The notes under the pieces were generated by a model, which searched no databases, was not told the DNA's origin, and was given only the letters and a program-made list of their open reading frames with translations. A program made the translations under genes and the position numbers. A stretch of DNA of 64,000 bases from Bythopirellula sp. (GTDB lineage: Bacteria > Planctomycetota > Planctomycetia > Pirellulales > Lacipirellulaceae), in NCBI GenBank assembly GCA_965216565.1, contig OZ244170.1, positions 1,120,001 to 1,184,000 on the forward strand, given 5' to 3'. Shown here one piece after another: positions 50,665 through 60,763 of the stretch. The first letter of the stretch is position 1, and every line of letters begins with the position of its first letter.

Positions 50665-51828
50665 TCACCACAGCCGTTTCGCAAAGACGAACGAAGCGTC
50701 ACGCTTTTCGTCGTAGTTGTCGTGATCTGGGTTGAAGCTCGCAATCGTTACCTTGGGCAGTTCCGCATGGAGAAACTGATCGTCGCCCAAATAGAGTGCT
50801 GTGTGCCGAATCTTCCCATGCGACCCGACGAAGTAAAGCGTATCGCCCCGCTTCATCCGCGACCGGTGCCAGCGTGTGCCGGTAAGCTGGCCAACGAGAA
50901 ACTGTTGATTGGAGTCGCGGGGCAGATGCAGGCCAATCGAGGCGTATGAGATTTGCACCAACCCAGAGCAATCAATGCCGCTTGCAGTTTTACCACCCCA
51001 ATGGTACGGCGTACCCAGCAGTTCTCTGCCACAATTGATCGCACGATCGATCTCTGCTGCGTTGATCTCAACCGGCGTGCAGATCTTCTCGGGAATATCT
51101 ACCACCTCGCCACTGGGTAGGGCACAGCGTACGCTTCCCTTCTCCCCCGGGATCTGCTTGAGGATTGCCCCCGCAGGCAGTACAAGTCCTGACGCGAGTT
51201 TATATTGCGACGTAACCCGAACGCTGGAATCGGTAGGATATCGATCAAACGCCGACGCCGAACAGCGATGCACGTCGGCAGCGGCCACATAACCCAGATA
51301 CCCTTCGCGGCTATGTACCAGCAGGTGATCGCCTTCTTCCTTGAGCAGGTAGAGTGGCTCGCCGAGCAGGCAGTCGGTGACGACTTCGCGAGGCTCTTGA
51401 GGCCGATTGTAGCTCAGCGAGTGCGTTGTTTTTATCAATCCAAATGGCTTCTCTCCCAAGTCTTGCGACGGCAGGACCTCAAGATCGTTCTGTAGATTTT
51501 CAAACCCTAGGGCGTTCAAAAAGCCCATGATTCCTCGGATTGTTTCAGGGAATTCGACGTGGCCACTCAGAACTATCTCACCATCCTCAGCGGGAGTCGC
51601 ATGAACTTTAAAAGCAAACAGCCGAGTGTCGTTGGCCAGATTGGTGCGAAAGTATTCTACATACTGCGGCAAGCGCTCTGCAGAACCCTGAAGAGATGGC
51701 TCGATGCCTCGCGCTAGTCGGGTGATTCTGCCATCTTGGCTTGGTGGTGCAAGCGTTGTCGGCTGGCCACTTGCGCTCGTTGCCACAGAAAGGATCAGGA
51801 GGAAATAAACTGGTCGAAGAAACATCAT
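50665..51828 (-). CDS. NlpC/P60 (C40) peptidase with SH3b domains, YkfC-like
   Basis: Signal peptide; GTPYHWGG, GIDCSG, LPRDS, HTALY. Confidence 0.88.
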   Translation of the reverse strand: MMFLRPVYFLLILSVATSASGQPTTLAPPSQDGRITRLARGIEPSLQGSAERLPQYVEYFRTNLANDTRLFAFKVHATPAEDGEIVLSGHVEFPETIRGIMGFLNALGFENLQNDLEVLPSQDLGEKPFGLIKTTHSLSYNRPQEPREVVTDCLLGEPLYLLKEEGDHLLVHSREGYLGYVAAADVHRCSASAFDRYPTDSSVRVTSQYKLASGLVLPAGAILKQIPGEKGSVRCALPSGEVVDIPEKICTPVEINAAEIDRAINCGRELLGTPYHWGGKTASGIDCSGLVQISYASIGLHLPRDSNQQFLVGQLTGTRWHRSRMKRGDTLYFVGSHGKIRHTALYLGDDQFLHAELPKVTIASFNPDHDNYDEKRDASFVFAKRLW

Positions 51829-51851
51829 GCTGAAACTTTCACTGAGTAATG

Positions 51852-52556
51852 CTACTCAACAGGGAAATTGAAGTAAGTATTGGGATACGGTTCGGACTTC
51901 AAAGTGAAGTGCCACCATTCTTTCTTGTATGGGCGAAATCCGTGCTTTTCCATGAGCGCGCGGAGCAGCAAACGGTTGGCACGCTGCTCGGTGCTGAGTG
52001 GCTTATGTTCTGTCCACGATTGCTTGCCGAAAAAATCGAACGGCGTGCCCATGTCTAATTCAGCCACTTCCTCGGGTTTAGTGAGATCAACGAGGGTCAA
52101 ATCCACGGTGCTGCCGCGACTGTGGCTCGACTTGGCGGCAATGTATCCTTGCTCGAACAGCAGGCGTTTATCCACGTCGGGGTAGAAATCTCGTTTGGTG
52201 CTCGTATCCTTCCTATCTTTGGCCCAGCGAACAAAGTGGTCGACCGCCTGCTGAGGTCTGTAGGCGTCGAAAACTTTCAGCCCCAAGCCAAAACTGGCAA
52301 GTTCGTTTTGGACCTCCTTCAGTGCCGCTGCCGCTTCTTTGGTAAGCAGGCATCGAGGGCTTTTGTAACCCTCGACGCGAGTTCCTACAAAATTCTCCGT
52401 CTTGTAGTAACGCAAGTCGACGACGAGATTCGGTACCACCTGAGACGCATCGACAAACCCTTCCGGCAAAGGTTGAGCAGAGGAACTCATCGACGTATGG
52501 AAGAAAAATCCGGCTACGAACAGTGCAAAGGAACCACTAAGAAGGTTACGACTCAT
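51852..52556 (-). CDS. D-Ala-D-Ala dipeptidase (VanX/DdpX, M15D) with apparent signal peptide
   Basis: DAYRP, SSHSRGSTVD, DMGTPFDFF, EWWHF. Confidence 0.9.
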   Translation of the reverse strand: MSRNLLSGSFALFVAGFFFHTSMSSSAQPLPEGFVDASQVVPNLVVDLRYYKTENFVGTRVEGYKSPRCLLTKEAAAALKEVQNELASFGLGLKVFDAYRPQQAVDHFVRWAKDRKDTSTKRDFYPDVDKRLLFEQGYIAAKSSHSRGSTVDLTLVDLTKPEEVAELDMGTPFDFFGKQSWTEHKPLSTEQRANRLLLRALMEKHGFRPYKKEWWHFTLKSEPYPNTYFNFPVE

Positions 52557-52831
52557 ATCGGGCAATCGGCTAAATAACAGACGGATGGCACGTTTAGCCA
52601 ATTATGCCGGGATCCGTGGGCGTGGACAACTGACGTAGAAGCGCAGCAAGTTGTCGCTTTTTCGCATTTCGCGGAGCAGATCCGTGTGCGTCCGACTCGA
52701 CCGATGCTCTGGTATGGCAATCTCAATAGGTGCTAGAGACTCCAAGCGGGTTTTGCAAGAATGAGCTCAACGTAGCGAGTTGTGCGAGAAGGGTTTTACG
52801 TTCAAAAAGGCTCCATTATTGCGTGGCGGGA

Positions 52832-53653
52832 ATGGCAGAGGAATTTCAAGGCAATCCGTTTGTTTCTTTTAGCAATCAAGCGCGTCGACGTTTGGCAAAT
52901 GAGTTCCCTGAGCTCACGGTTGATTGGCAGGAGGAGGTCGAATCGACCAATGATCGAGCCCTGTGGCTTGCTGAGCATCGCGAAATGTTAAAGCTGCCGA
53001 TGCTGGTGCTAGCCGATCGTCAGGTGGCCGGTCGTGGACGTAAGACGAATACCTGGTGGTCGTCGCCGGGGGCTTTGACGTTTTCTCTCCTCATGGATGC
53101 CGACTCGTTGGGGCTCACGCCGGACCTGTGGCCTCAGGCATCGTTGACAACTGGACTTGCAGTTTGTGTTGCCCTGGAAGAATTGTTGGTAGATGCCCGC
53201 GTCCAATTGAAGTGGCCCAACGATGTTTATGTGAATGGCAAGAAAAACTGCGGCATTCTCTTGGAGCCAGTGAATCTGCAAGCAGGGCTACTCGTGATCG
53301 GCGTGGGCGTGAACGTAAACAATTCATTGGTGCAGGCCCCGCCCGAAATTGAATCTATGGCAACCGCCCTGTGTGACGTGGGCAATCAGCAATATCCACT
53401 ACAGGACGTGCTTTCCAGCGTGTTGGAACGACTGCTCAAATACCTAAGTCTGGTTGGTAAGCGCGACGCTCAACTACACGATCAATGGCGTGGCCGTTGC
53501 CTGCTAACCGGTCGCAAGATAGCGGTTGAGGCAGCTACGGAAAGTCACGCAGGCATCTGCCAGGGAATCGGTGAAGACGGTGGGCTTCTGTTGGAAACTG
53601 AAAATGGAACGAAGCGCTGTCTGGCTGGAACCGTTCGACTACTCGATTCGTAA
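52832..53653 (+). CDS. birA: Biotin-protein ligase (no N-terminal HTH)
   Basis: STND, QVAGRGR, KWPND, K.CGIL, GVGVNV; start uncertain. Confidence 0.9.
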   Translation: MAEEFQGNPFVSFSNQARRRLANEFPELTVDWQEEVESTNDRALWLAEHREMLKLPMLVLADRQVAGRGRKTNTWWSSPGALTFSLLMDADSLGLTPDLWPQASLTTGLAVCVALEELLVDARVQLKWPNDVYVNGKKNCGILLEPVNLQAGLLVIGVGVNVNNSLVQAPPEIESMATALCDVGNQQYPLQDVLSSVLERLLKYLSLVGKRDAQLHDQWRGRCLLTGRKIAVEAATESHAGICQGIGEDGGLLLETENGTKRCLAGTVRLLDS

Positions 53654-53812
53654 CTGTCCCCGGCACAAAGCCTGTTTGCCAGCAACTACTGGTTGCCACC
53701 AAGATTTTATCGTCAGGTAGTTTCGAGTGTCGCAATCTTAGCCTCTAGGGTAAGATGCAAGGAAAGCCGAAAGTGAGCGTAGGTCCCCGGTAGAAACGCA
53801 GTAATTAGTCTT

Positions 53813-54250
53813 ATGGCTCGTGTAAAATCCCTCAATCATATTGGCATTGCTGTCGACTCGATCGAGTCGCAACGCTCCTACTATGAAGAAACTTTAGGAG
53901 CGGAGTTCGAGGGATTCGAGGAGGTGACCAGCCAACATGTTCGCGTTGGCTTTTTCCGAGTGGGAGATTTCAGGCTCGAACTGATGGAGCCAACGAACTC
54001 CACGGGGCCGATTGCCAAATTCCTGGAGCAACGTGGCCCCGGTTTGCATCACATTGCTTACACCGTCGAAAACCTACAGGATCGGATCGAAGAACTTCAG
54101 CAATCCGGAATCACGATGATCGACGAAACTCCACGCCCCGGCTCGCATCACACGCAAATTGCCTTCCTGCATCCTAAAAGCACCTACGGGGTTCTAACGG
54201 AATTCTGCGAACCCTTGAAAGAGCGAGAGTCTCAGCAAGGCGACTCCTAG
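53813..54250 (+). CDS. mce: Methylmalonyl-CoA epimerase
   Basis: NHIGIAV, ELMEP, GLHHIAY, FLHPKS..GVL.E. Confidence 0.93.
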   Translation: MARVKSLNHIGIAVDSIESQRSYYEETLGAEFEGFEEVTSQHVRVGFFRVGDFRLELMEPTNSTGPIAKFLEQRGPGLHHIAYTVENLQDRIEELQQSGITMIDETPRPGSHHTQIAFLHPKSTYGVLTEFCEPLKERESQQGDS

Positions 54251-54275
54251 TACCCTCTACCAGCAATGCTTCGAT

Positions 54276-55940
54276 ATGGTTGATCCTGAATTCTCAATCG
54301 AGGGAGATTTCCCGGCTGCCAGTTACAGTCAATGGCAAGAGCTGGTGGAAGCATCTCTACGCGGGAGTTCTTTCGAGGAACAACTGGTCACCCAGTCGCT
54401 GGAAGGCATCCAACTACTCCCTCTCTACTCGGAAGAAAACACTTCCGCAGTAGACTCTGGACTGACTCGCACGGATCCAGCCGATTGGGATTTGCAACAA
54501 GTGTACTGCGAGCCAGAGCCGGACGTTCTTAACCGCATCCTTCGGCAAGAAGTCGAGGGGGGAGTTTCGTCATTGGAGATTTCGCTGGATCAGGCTGGGC
54601 ATAGGGGTCTAGATCCTGACAATGCCGAGTCCGTAAAGCTTGTCGGGCTCCGTGGAACGATGGTCTATTCGGCAGCGGATCTGTCGGCAGTGCTTGATGG
54701 AGTGGATTTAAAGACGATTGCCATCACGTTGCGGGCGGGTGCCAGCTTTCTTCCAGCAGCGGCAATGTTGGTTGCTGCCTGTCAAGCCAAAGATTGCGGG
54801 ATCGGCGAAGTCCGGTTCGGGTTTGGGGGCGACCCCTTGGGAGTGCTGGCCCGAGAAGGTCGGCTTCCTATGTCACTGGAAAATGCATTTTCCCAGTTGG
54901 CAAACCTTGCCCATTGGACGGCAGAGCATTCGTCGGATAGCGCAGCAATAGGCGTGGATCTATTGCCCTATCACGATACAGGGGCAACGGCAGTTCAGGA
55001 ACTGGCCTTTGCCACCGCAACGGCGGTGCAGTATCTCCGCGTGCTGACTGCCAGTGGGATGGCACTTGAGTCGGCTGCCAGGCAAGTAGAGTTTAGCTTC
55101 GGACTTGGAACCCATCACTTTACGGAAATAGCCAAGCTACGTGCCGCACGGATGCTGTGGGCACGGATCATCGAAGCATTCGGTGGCAATCCCGAGGGTA
55201 ACCTGATGAAAATTCAGGCCCGACTCGGTCGTAGAGCTCTCACCGTACGTGACGCCGAGATGAATATACTGCGAAATACAACTGCCGTATTCGCCGCCGG
55301 CATAGGCGGAGCCGATGCCGTGACATCGGTGCCCTTCGATTCTGGTCTCGAAGGCGGCAGCGAGTTCAGCCGCAGACTCGCCAGAAATACTGCGATTATC
55401 TTACAGCGCGAAGCACACCTGCATCGAGTTGACGACCCTGCCCGGGGAAGCTGGTTCCTGGAATCGATCACCAACGACCTCGCGAGTAAAGCCTGGCAAG
55501 AGTTCCAAGCGATTGAAGGGCAGGGCGGTATGGCGGAGTGTCTGCTGACGGGGCGAATCGCAGAACTAGTCAACTCGGCTTCCCAAGAGCGTGCACAGTC
55601 GGTCAGCAGCGCTGCGCAGGCCATTGTGGGAGTGAGCGTTTTTCCCAATCCCGAGGGACAGTCGGCAGAGGTGCCGCGCCGAGATCTGCAGAAACTGAGG
55701 GAAACCGCGGTGCAGCGCATGTCTTCGCTTAGCACCAACGCAGTAGAGATGGAGCCTACCCGTAGAAAAACAGATGCGATGGAGGCAGTCTTGGACGCGG
55801 CAGCAAACGGGGCCGCTCTGGGACAAATGGCAACGATGTTAGGCTTTCATCAGCAAGAGGTGACTGCACCTAAGTTGCAGCCGCGGAGACTTGAGGAATT
55901 ATACGACGCAACTCTTGGTGAGAGGGACCAATCACGATGA
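54276..55940 (+). CDS. mutA: Methylmalonyl-CoA mutase small (beta) subunit
   Basis: Mutase-like barrel ([27 protein letters not shown]) without the DxHxxG motif. Confidence 0.85.
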   Translation: MVDPEFSIEGDFPAASYSQWQELVEASLRGSSFEEQLVTQSLEGIQLLPLYSEENTSAVDSGLTRTDPADWDLQQVYCEPEPDVLNRILRQEVEGGVSSLEISLDQAGHRGLDPDNAESVKLVGLRGTMVYSAADLSAVLDGVDLKTIAITLRAGASFLPAAAMLVAACQAKDCGIGEVRFGFGGDPLGVLAREGRLPMSLENAFSQLANLAHWTAEHSSDSAAIGVDLLPYHDTGATAVQELAFATATAVQYLRVLTASGMALESAARQVEFSFGLGTHHFTEIAKLRAARMLWARIIEAFGGNPEGNLMKIQARLGRRALTVRDAEMNILRNTTAVFAAGIGGADAVTSVPFDSGLEGGSEFSRRLARNTAIILQREAHLHRVDDPARGSWFLESITNDLASKAWQEFQAIEGQGGMAECLLTGRIAELVNSASQERAQSVSSAAQAIVGVSVFPNPEGQSAEVPRRDLQKLRETAVQRMSSLSTNAVEMEPTRRKTDAMEAVLDAAANGAALGQMATMLGFHQQEVTAPKLQPRRLEELYDATLGERDQSR

Positions 55941-58132
55941 GTGTCGATGTCGATTTCACAAAGATCCCCTGGCAAGAACGTGCTGAGGGTGCGGAACGAG
56001 ACAGCCCAGCTAATTCGACTTCAAGCGAAGGTGAGAATGCGAAGGTTTGGCAGTCCCCTGAAGGAATCGCAATCCAGCCTGGTTATTCGCAGCGTGATCT
56101 GGCAGAGGTCGGGCATCTTAATTCAATGCCGGGAACGCCCCCCTATGTCCGGGGCCCCTACGCCACGATGTACGTCCAGCGTCCATGGACGGTACGGCAA
56201 TACGCCGGCTTTTCGACGGCTGAGGAGTCGAACGCATTCTATCGCCGCAATCTGGCCGCGGGACAGAAGGGGCTCAGCATTGCTTTCGATCTAGCGACGC
56301 ATCGCGGCTACGATTCCGATCATCCGCGAGTAACTGGCGACGTGGGAATGGCCGGCGTGGCCATCGATAGCATTTACGACATGCGAACCTTGTTCGAGGG
56401 GATTCCGCTCGACGAGATGACGGTTTCGATGACCATCAACGGGGCCGTACTGCCGATCATGGCGCTCTACATTGTCGCGGCAGAGGAACAGGGAGTTGAT
56501 AAGGAAAAGTTGGCGGGGACGGTGCAGAACGACATTCTCAAGGAATTCATGGTTCGCAACACCTACATCTATCCGCCGGAACCGAGCATGCGGATCATTG
56601 CGGATATCTTTGCCTATACCAGCCGCCACATGCCCAAGTACAACAGCATCAGCATCAGCGGCTATCACATGCACGAAGCGGGAGCCACAGCCGATTTGGA
56701 GTTGGCCTACACGCTCGCCAATGGGCTCGAATACGTGCGCACCGGCGTGGAGAGTGGTTTGGAGGTAGATCAGTTTTGCCCCCGGCTCTCCTTTTTCTGG
56801 GCCACTGGCATGAACTACTTTATGGAAGTCGCCAAGCTTCGCGCTGCACGCATGATCTGGGCCAAGTTAATCCACTCGTTCTCTCCCCAAAACCCAAAGA
56901 GCCTCGCGTTGCGAGCGCATTGCCAAACCAGCGGTTGGTCTCTCACCGCCCAAGACGTCTACAACAATGTAGTCCGTACGTGTATCGAAGCGATGGCGGC
57001 TGTGCATGGGCACACGCAGTCGTTGCACACCAACGCTCTGGACGAAGCACTGGCCCTACCCACCGACCACACCGCCCGAATTGCCCGTAATACGCAGCTC
57101 TTTCTGCAGCACGAAACCGACACTTGTGCGGTGGTCGATCCCTGGGGAGGCAGTTACTACTTGGAACGACTGACCCACGATCTGGCCAAGCGGGCGTGGA
57201 AACACATCGTAGAAGTCGAAGAATTAGGTGGCATGACGCGGGCCATCCAGCAGGGCATCCCCAAACTCCGCATCGAAGAGGCAGCCACCCGCACGCAAGC
57301 ACGCATCGATTCGGGTTCACAAACGATTGTAGGTGTGAATAAATATCTGAGTCCATCCGAAGAGACGCTCGAACTGCGGAATGTCGATAACACCAAGGTT
57401 CGGGAAGCACAGATTGCCAGCCTCAAGCAATTGCGGGCAGATCGAGAATCCGAGCAGGTCGAGGCAGCACTGCACGCTTTGCGGGAATGTGCCCGCACAA
57501 AGATTGGGAATCTGCTTGAATTGGCCGTCATTGCGGCCCGGGTGAAGTGTACAGTAGGAGAGATAAGCCTTGCCCTGGAAGAACACTTCGGACGATACGA
57601 GGCGCCGATCGATTCTGTCCGCGGGATTTACGCAGCCGAACTGAAGAGCGATAGCAGAGTGAAAGAAGTACGCGAACTGGTAACGAGCTTCGAGCGATGC
57701 GACGGACGGAGGCCGCGGATTCTGCTTGCGAAGATGGGGCAAGATGGGCACGATCGCGGGCAGAAAGTGGTGGCCTCTGCCTTTGCGGATTTTGGATTCG
57801 ATGTCGATATCGGTCCTTTGTTTCGCACCCCTGGGGAAACCGCCCGGCACGCGGTGGAGAACGACGTGCATTTGATCGGCGTCAGCACGCTCGCAGCTAG
57901 TCATTTGACGTTGGTTCCGGCGCTGCAGCGTGAACTCGCCGAACTCGGCCGGCAAGACATCATGATTATCGTAGGTGGTGTGATTCCGCCGGAGGACTGC
58001 GAGAAGTTGGCGGAACTGGGCGTGGCAGCGACCTTCGGCCCGGGCACAAAAGTCGGGCTGGCCGCGGTGGAGTTGCTGCGCAAGCTCGCGGCGCACTTGG
58101 GTCATTCACTGGATCAATCCTCGTCCAAGTAG
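55937..58132 (+). CDS. mutB: Methylmalonyl-CoA mutase large subunit (AdoCbl-dependent)
   Basis: [33 protein letters not shown] (base-off His). Confidence 0.96.
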   Translation: MSVDVDFTKIPWQERAEGAERDSPANSTSSEGENAKVWQSPEGIAIQPGYSQRDLAEVGHLNSMPGTPPYVRGPYATMYVQRPWTVRQYAGFSTAEESNAFYRRNLAAGQKGLSIAFDLATHRGYDSDHPRVTGDVGMAGVAIDSIYDMRTLFEGIPLDEMTVSMTINGAVLPIMALYIVAAEEQGVDKEKLAGTVQNDILKEFMVRNTYIYPPEPSMRIIADIFAYTSRHMPKYNSISISGYHMHEAGATADLELAYTLANGLEYVRTGVESGLEVDQFCPRLSFFWATGMNYFMEVAKLRAARMIWAKLIHSFSPQNPKSLALRAHCQTSGWSLTAQDVYNNVVRTCIEAMAAVHGHTQSLHTNALDEALALPTDHTARIARNTQLFLQHETDTCAVVDPWGGSYYLERLTHDLAKRAWKHIVEVEELGGMTRAIQQGIPKLRIEEAATRTQARIDSGSQTIVGVNKYLSPSEETLELRNVDNTKVREAQIASLKQLRADRESEQVEAALHALRECARTKIGNLLELAVIAARVKCTVGEISLALEEHFGRYEAPIDSVRGIYAAELKSDSRVKEVRELVTSFERCDGRRPRILLAKMGQDGHDRGQKVVASAFADFGFDVDIGPLFRTPGETARHAVENDVHLIGVSTLAASHLTLVPALQRELAELGRQDIMIIVGGVIPPEDCEKLAELGVAATFGPGTKVGLAAVELLRKLAAHLGHSLDQSSSK

Positions 58133-58159
58133 ATTGGATCAACACAGGCAACCGCGGCT

Positions 58160-59185
58160 ATGGCCCCAGCAGAATCGCACGAACAAACGACGGGAAGGCT
58201 GACGCTTGAGGAGTACAGCGAGGGGATCGAGCGGGGCACGGTTGCTACGTTGGCCCGTGCTTTGACTCTGATCGAATCGACGAAAAACGACGATCGGGCC
58301 CTTGCCGAGCAGCTCCTGACGCGGCTCATGCCCAAGACAGGGCAGGCCAGGCGGGTGGGCATTTCGGGCGTTCCTGGGGTGGGAAAAAGTACCTTCATCG
58401 AGGCGCTGGGGTTGCATCTCACGCAACAAGGCATGCGGGTCGCGGTGCTCACCATCGATCCGTCGAGCGGAGTCAGTGGCGGGAGCATTTTGGGCGACAA
58501 GACGCGGATGCCCAGGCTTTCCGCCGAACCGAACGCCTTTATTCGGCCCGCACCTTCCTCAGGTAGTTTGGGCGGTGTTGCCCATCGGACTCGCGAATGC
58601 ATGCTTATTTGCGAAGCCGCGGGGTACGACGTGGTGCTGATCGAAACGGTCGGCGTGGGACAGTCGGAGACAATGGTTGCCGATTTGGTGGATTGCTTTG
58701 TGGCTTTGATGTTGCCGGGGGCGGGTGACGAGTTGCAGGCCGTCAAACGAGGTCTGCTGGAATTGGTGGACGTGATCGTGGTGAACAAAGCGGATGGAGA
58801 AACCCAAACCGCTGCCAAGTTGGCTGCCGAGCAGTACGAGTCGACGTTGCGTGCCATTGCCGGAGAGCAGGGTGAGGCGGGTCCCCCCGAAGTGCTTACC
58901 TGCAGTGCTTTGCAGCAGGAAGGAATCGCACCGGTGTGGCACGCGATTGCAGACAAGATCCAGCAGTTTAAGAACTCTGGTGCGCTGGCAGAGAAGCGAG
59001 GACAACAGAACCTGCGCTGGATGTGGGAAATCGTGGACCACAAACTTCGCGTTCTCACCAAGCACCATACAAGCGTTGAGAATCTGCGAAGCGAACTTGA
59101 AGCAGAAATTGTCGCTGGGCAGATTGCGCCTGCCGATGCGGCAGAGAAAATTATCGACGCCTTGGGGATCCGCGCTTCGGAATAA
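58160..59185 (+). CDS. meaB: Methylmalonyl-CoA mutase-associated GTPase
   Basis: GVPGVGKST, DPSS..SGGSILGDKTRM, ETVGVGQSE, NKAD. Confidence 0.95.
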   Translation: MAPAESHEQTTGRLTLEEYSEGIERGTVATLARALTLIESTKNDDRALAEQLLTRLMPKTGQARRVGISGVPGVGKSTFIEALGLHLTQQGMRVAVLTIDPSSGVSGGSILGDKTRMPRLSAEPNAFIRPAPSSGSLGGVAHRTRECMLICEAAGYDVVLIETVGVGQSETMVADLVDCFVALMLPGAGDELQAVKRGLLELVDVIVVNKADGETQTAAKLAAEQYESTLRAIAGEQGEAGPPEVLTCSALQQEGIAPVWHAIADKIQQFKNSGALAEKRGQQNLRWMWEIVDHKLRVLTKHHTSVENLRSELEAEIVAGQIAPADAAEKIIDALGIRASE

Positions 59186-59574
59186 AGCGCGTTCGACAAG
59201 TCCTTCGCTATGGGACGGCCAAGAATAGAGGCTGAGATTTTGTATGGCTCTGTGATAGAGTGATGCAAGATTCAAATCAGCCCCCCGAAATTTGAGGTGT
59301 TTCCAGTTTTTTTGATGCCGGCAGGGTTTTTCTCGGTAAAAGCCGATCCTAAGATTGGGGCTGAAATCAATATCTTGTGTGATGGGTCCATGCGTCACAC
59401 AAGTGAGCCGGTGTCATTTTCAATAAAATTGTGTCAGCCCATTCTAGATTCCACTAGATGTTGTATGGCTTCCAGCCAGGCGGTGGCACAAAAATCGGGG
59501 CTTGCAGAGTTGCGATGTTGAAACCTGGTTTTTTGGCTTGGTGTCTGGGAAAAGCAGCGCTCTGCTCTCGCAAC

Positions 59575-59705
59575 CTATTCGCCGCATGAGTGTTGCAAGA
59601 AGCGGTTCGTCGGAGCGATGGAGGATTCTGCCGTTAGGCCCATCTCTGGAGTTGACTCAACCGTAACGGTGGGCCGTCGCTTCGCTTTGGCCCACCCTAC
59701 GAACT
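59575..59705. repeat. 131-bp direct repeat, copy 1, ending in a GTAG-type REP
   Basis: Matches 60569-60699 with 5 mismatches by manual alignment. Confidence 0.92.
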
Positions 59706-59710
59706 TCGGA

Positions 59711-60169
59711 CTACCTATTTCCAAGTTGCTTCAGGTGCTTGTCTACTGCTCTCTTGAGGAACTTGGATATGAGCCACAGTATGGGAATGGTAACTGCATT
59801 GCGAGCATGCATTAGAAATCGACGCTTCACATGTGTTCCGTTCTCGAGGGAATCGAATCCCCATGTCTCATCAATGTGCGTAGCCAGCTTGGATAGCGGT
59901 GGCGAGAATTCTTGCATTCGTAGAGCAAGATTACTCTCAGGATTCCACTCGACAATCTCTTCGATATGTTGCGAGCCATCCGTGTTGTGAACGCGAATGC
60001 GCGTGCCAACTATTTCTGGCGTCTGCACCTCGAACTGCGCTGAAGCTATTCCTGGCATTGGTCCGTAGCCTTTGAAATCTGCCCAGTTAGAAAGATCAAG
60101 GATTTCCTTGGCTATCTCGTGCGGACTCTGGGGTAGGGTCGCTTTGCACTGGAACTGAATGTACTTCAT
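59711..60169 (-). CDS. SRPBCC (polyketide cyclase/START-like) family protein
   Basis: DLSNW, GTRIRV...DG...EEIVEW, E.W.F and a C-terminal helix. Confidence 0.75.
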   Translation of the reverse strand: MKYIQFQCKATLPQSPHEIAKEILDLSNWADFKGYGPMPGIASAQFEVQTPEIVGTRIRVHNTDGSQHIEEIVEWNPESNLALRMQEFSPPLSKLATHIDETWGFDSLENGTHVKRRFLMHARNAVTIPILWLISKFLKRAVDKHLKQLGNR

Positions 60170-60199
60170 TGATGTTCACTTAAGGATAAGGTTGGAGTG

Positions 60200-60472
60200 T
60201 CACTCAAAGCGAATCCAACCCCAGATTGGTACCAGGGTAATAAAAAATCCGATTGCAGTGCCTACTAAAGACCCATGAACAATCTTTCTGTGGCCACGAG
60301 CTAAATATTGGAATGCAGCTCCAAGAAACCCACCGAGGAAGGCACCTATAACCGGTAGATAGAAGAACAACTCATCGCTTCTCCAGGTAGAAATCAGTAC
60401 TGTAAGTGAAAGCGAAAAGGTTGTGATCCAAAGAAACAAACCCTTCACGCTAAAGTGTAGATTGTTTGTCAT
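60200..60472 (-). CDS. Small membrane protein with planctomycete FS(L/V)(R/K)xL N-terminal motif
   Basis: MTNNLHFSVKGLFLWIT followed by three hydrophobic segments. Confidence 0.6.
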   Translation of the reverse strand: MTNNLHFSVKGLFLWITTFSLSLTVLISTWRSDELFFYLPVIGAFLGGFLGAAFQYLARGHRKIVHGSLVGTAIGFFITLVPIWGWIRFE

Positions 60473-60509
60473 TCTAATTACGTTGTTAAAACAACGCCTA
60501 ATGTTTTGG

Positions 60510-60546
60510 GGTGCCATGCCCACGGCGGTCTGCCGCTGTGGGCATG
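60510..60546. repeat. Palindromic repeat GGTGCCATGCCCAC..GTGGGCATG
   Basis: CATGCCCAC-GGCGG-TCTG-CCGCT-GTGGGCATG hairpin. Confidence 0.6.
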
Positions 60547-60568
60547 CGAGCCAACGTCGCCCTTCAAT

Positions 60569-60699
60569 CTATTCGCCGCATGAGTGTTGCATGAAGCGGT
60601 TCGTCGGAGCGATGGAGGATAGTGCCGTTAGGCCCATCTCTGGAATTGACTCAACCGCAACGGTGGGCCGTCGCTTCGCTTTGGCCCACCCTACGAACT
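60569..60699. repeat. 131-bp direct repeat, copy 2
   Basis: See 59575-59705. Confidence 0.92.
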
Positions 60700-60763
60700 A
60701 ATCTCGCAACCTGTTCTAGCCCTCCCCCGCAGACGGGGGTGGGGGATTTGGTTTGGTAGACCT

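Noticed and set aside
52600..53812. Cobalamin riboswitch ahead of the mutase genes
   Set aside because: No B12-box or GGGAA...GCCACTG pattern is visible upstream of birA or mce
58114..59268. 384-aa minus-strand ORF (and 58559..59398)
   Set aside because: Antisense shadow of meaB with no recognisable motifs
59618..59815. Short ORFs reading through the repeats (also 60423..60701, 620..835, 674..868, 18284..18538)
   Set aside because: They are translations of REP or repeat DNA rather than credible genes
59575..60699. Integron attC interpretation of the direct repeats (they contain GCCGTTAGGC)
   Set aside because: No properly paired RYYYAAC/GTTRRRY boxes with L boxes could be built in both copies, and no integrase is present
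59575..60699. CRISPR array
   Set aside because: Only two 131-bp copies about 1 kb apart, no repeat-spacer periodicity and no cas genes
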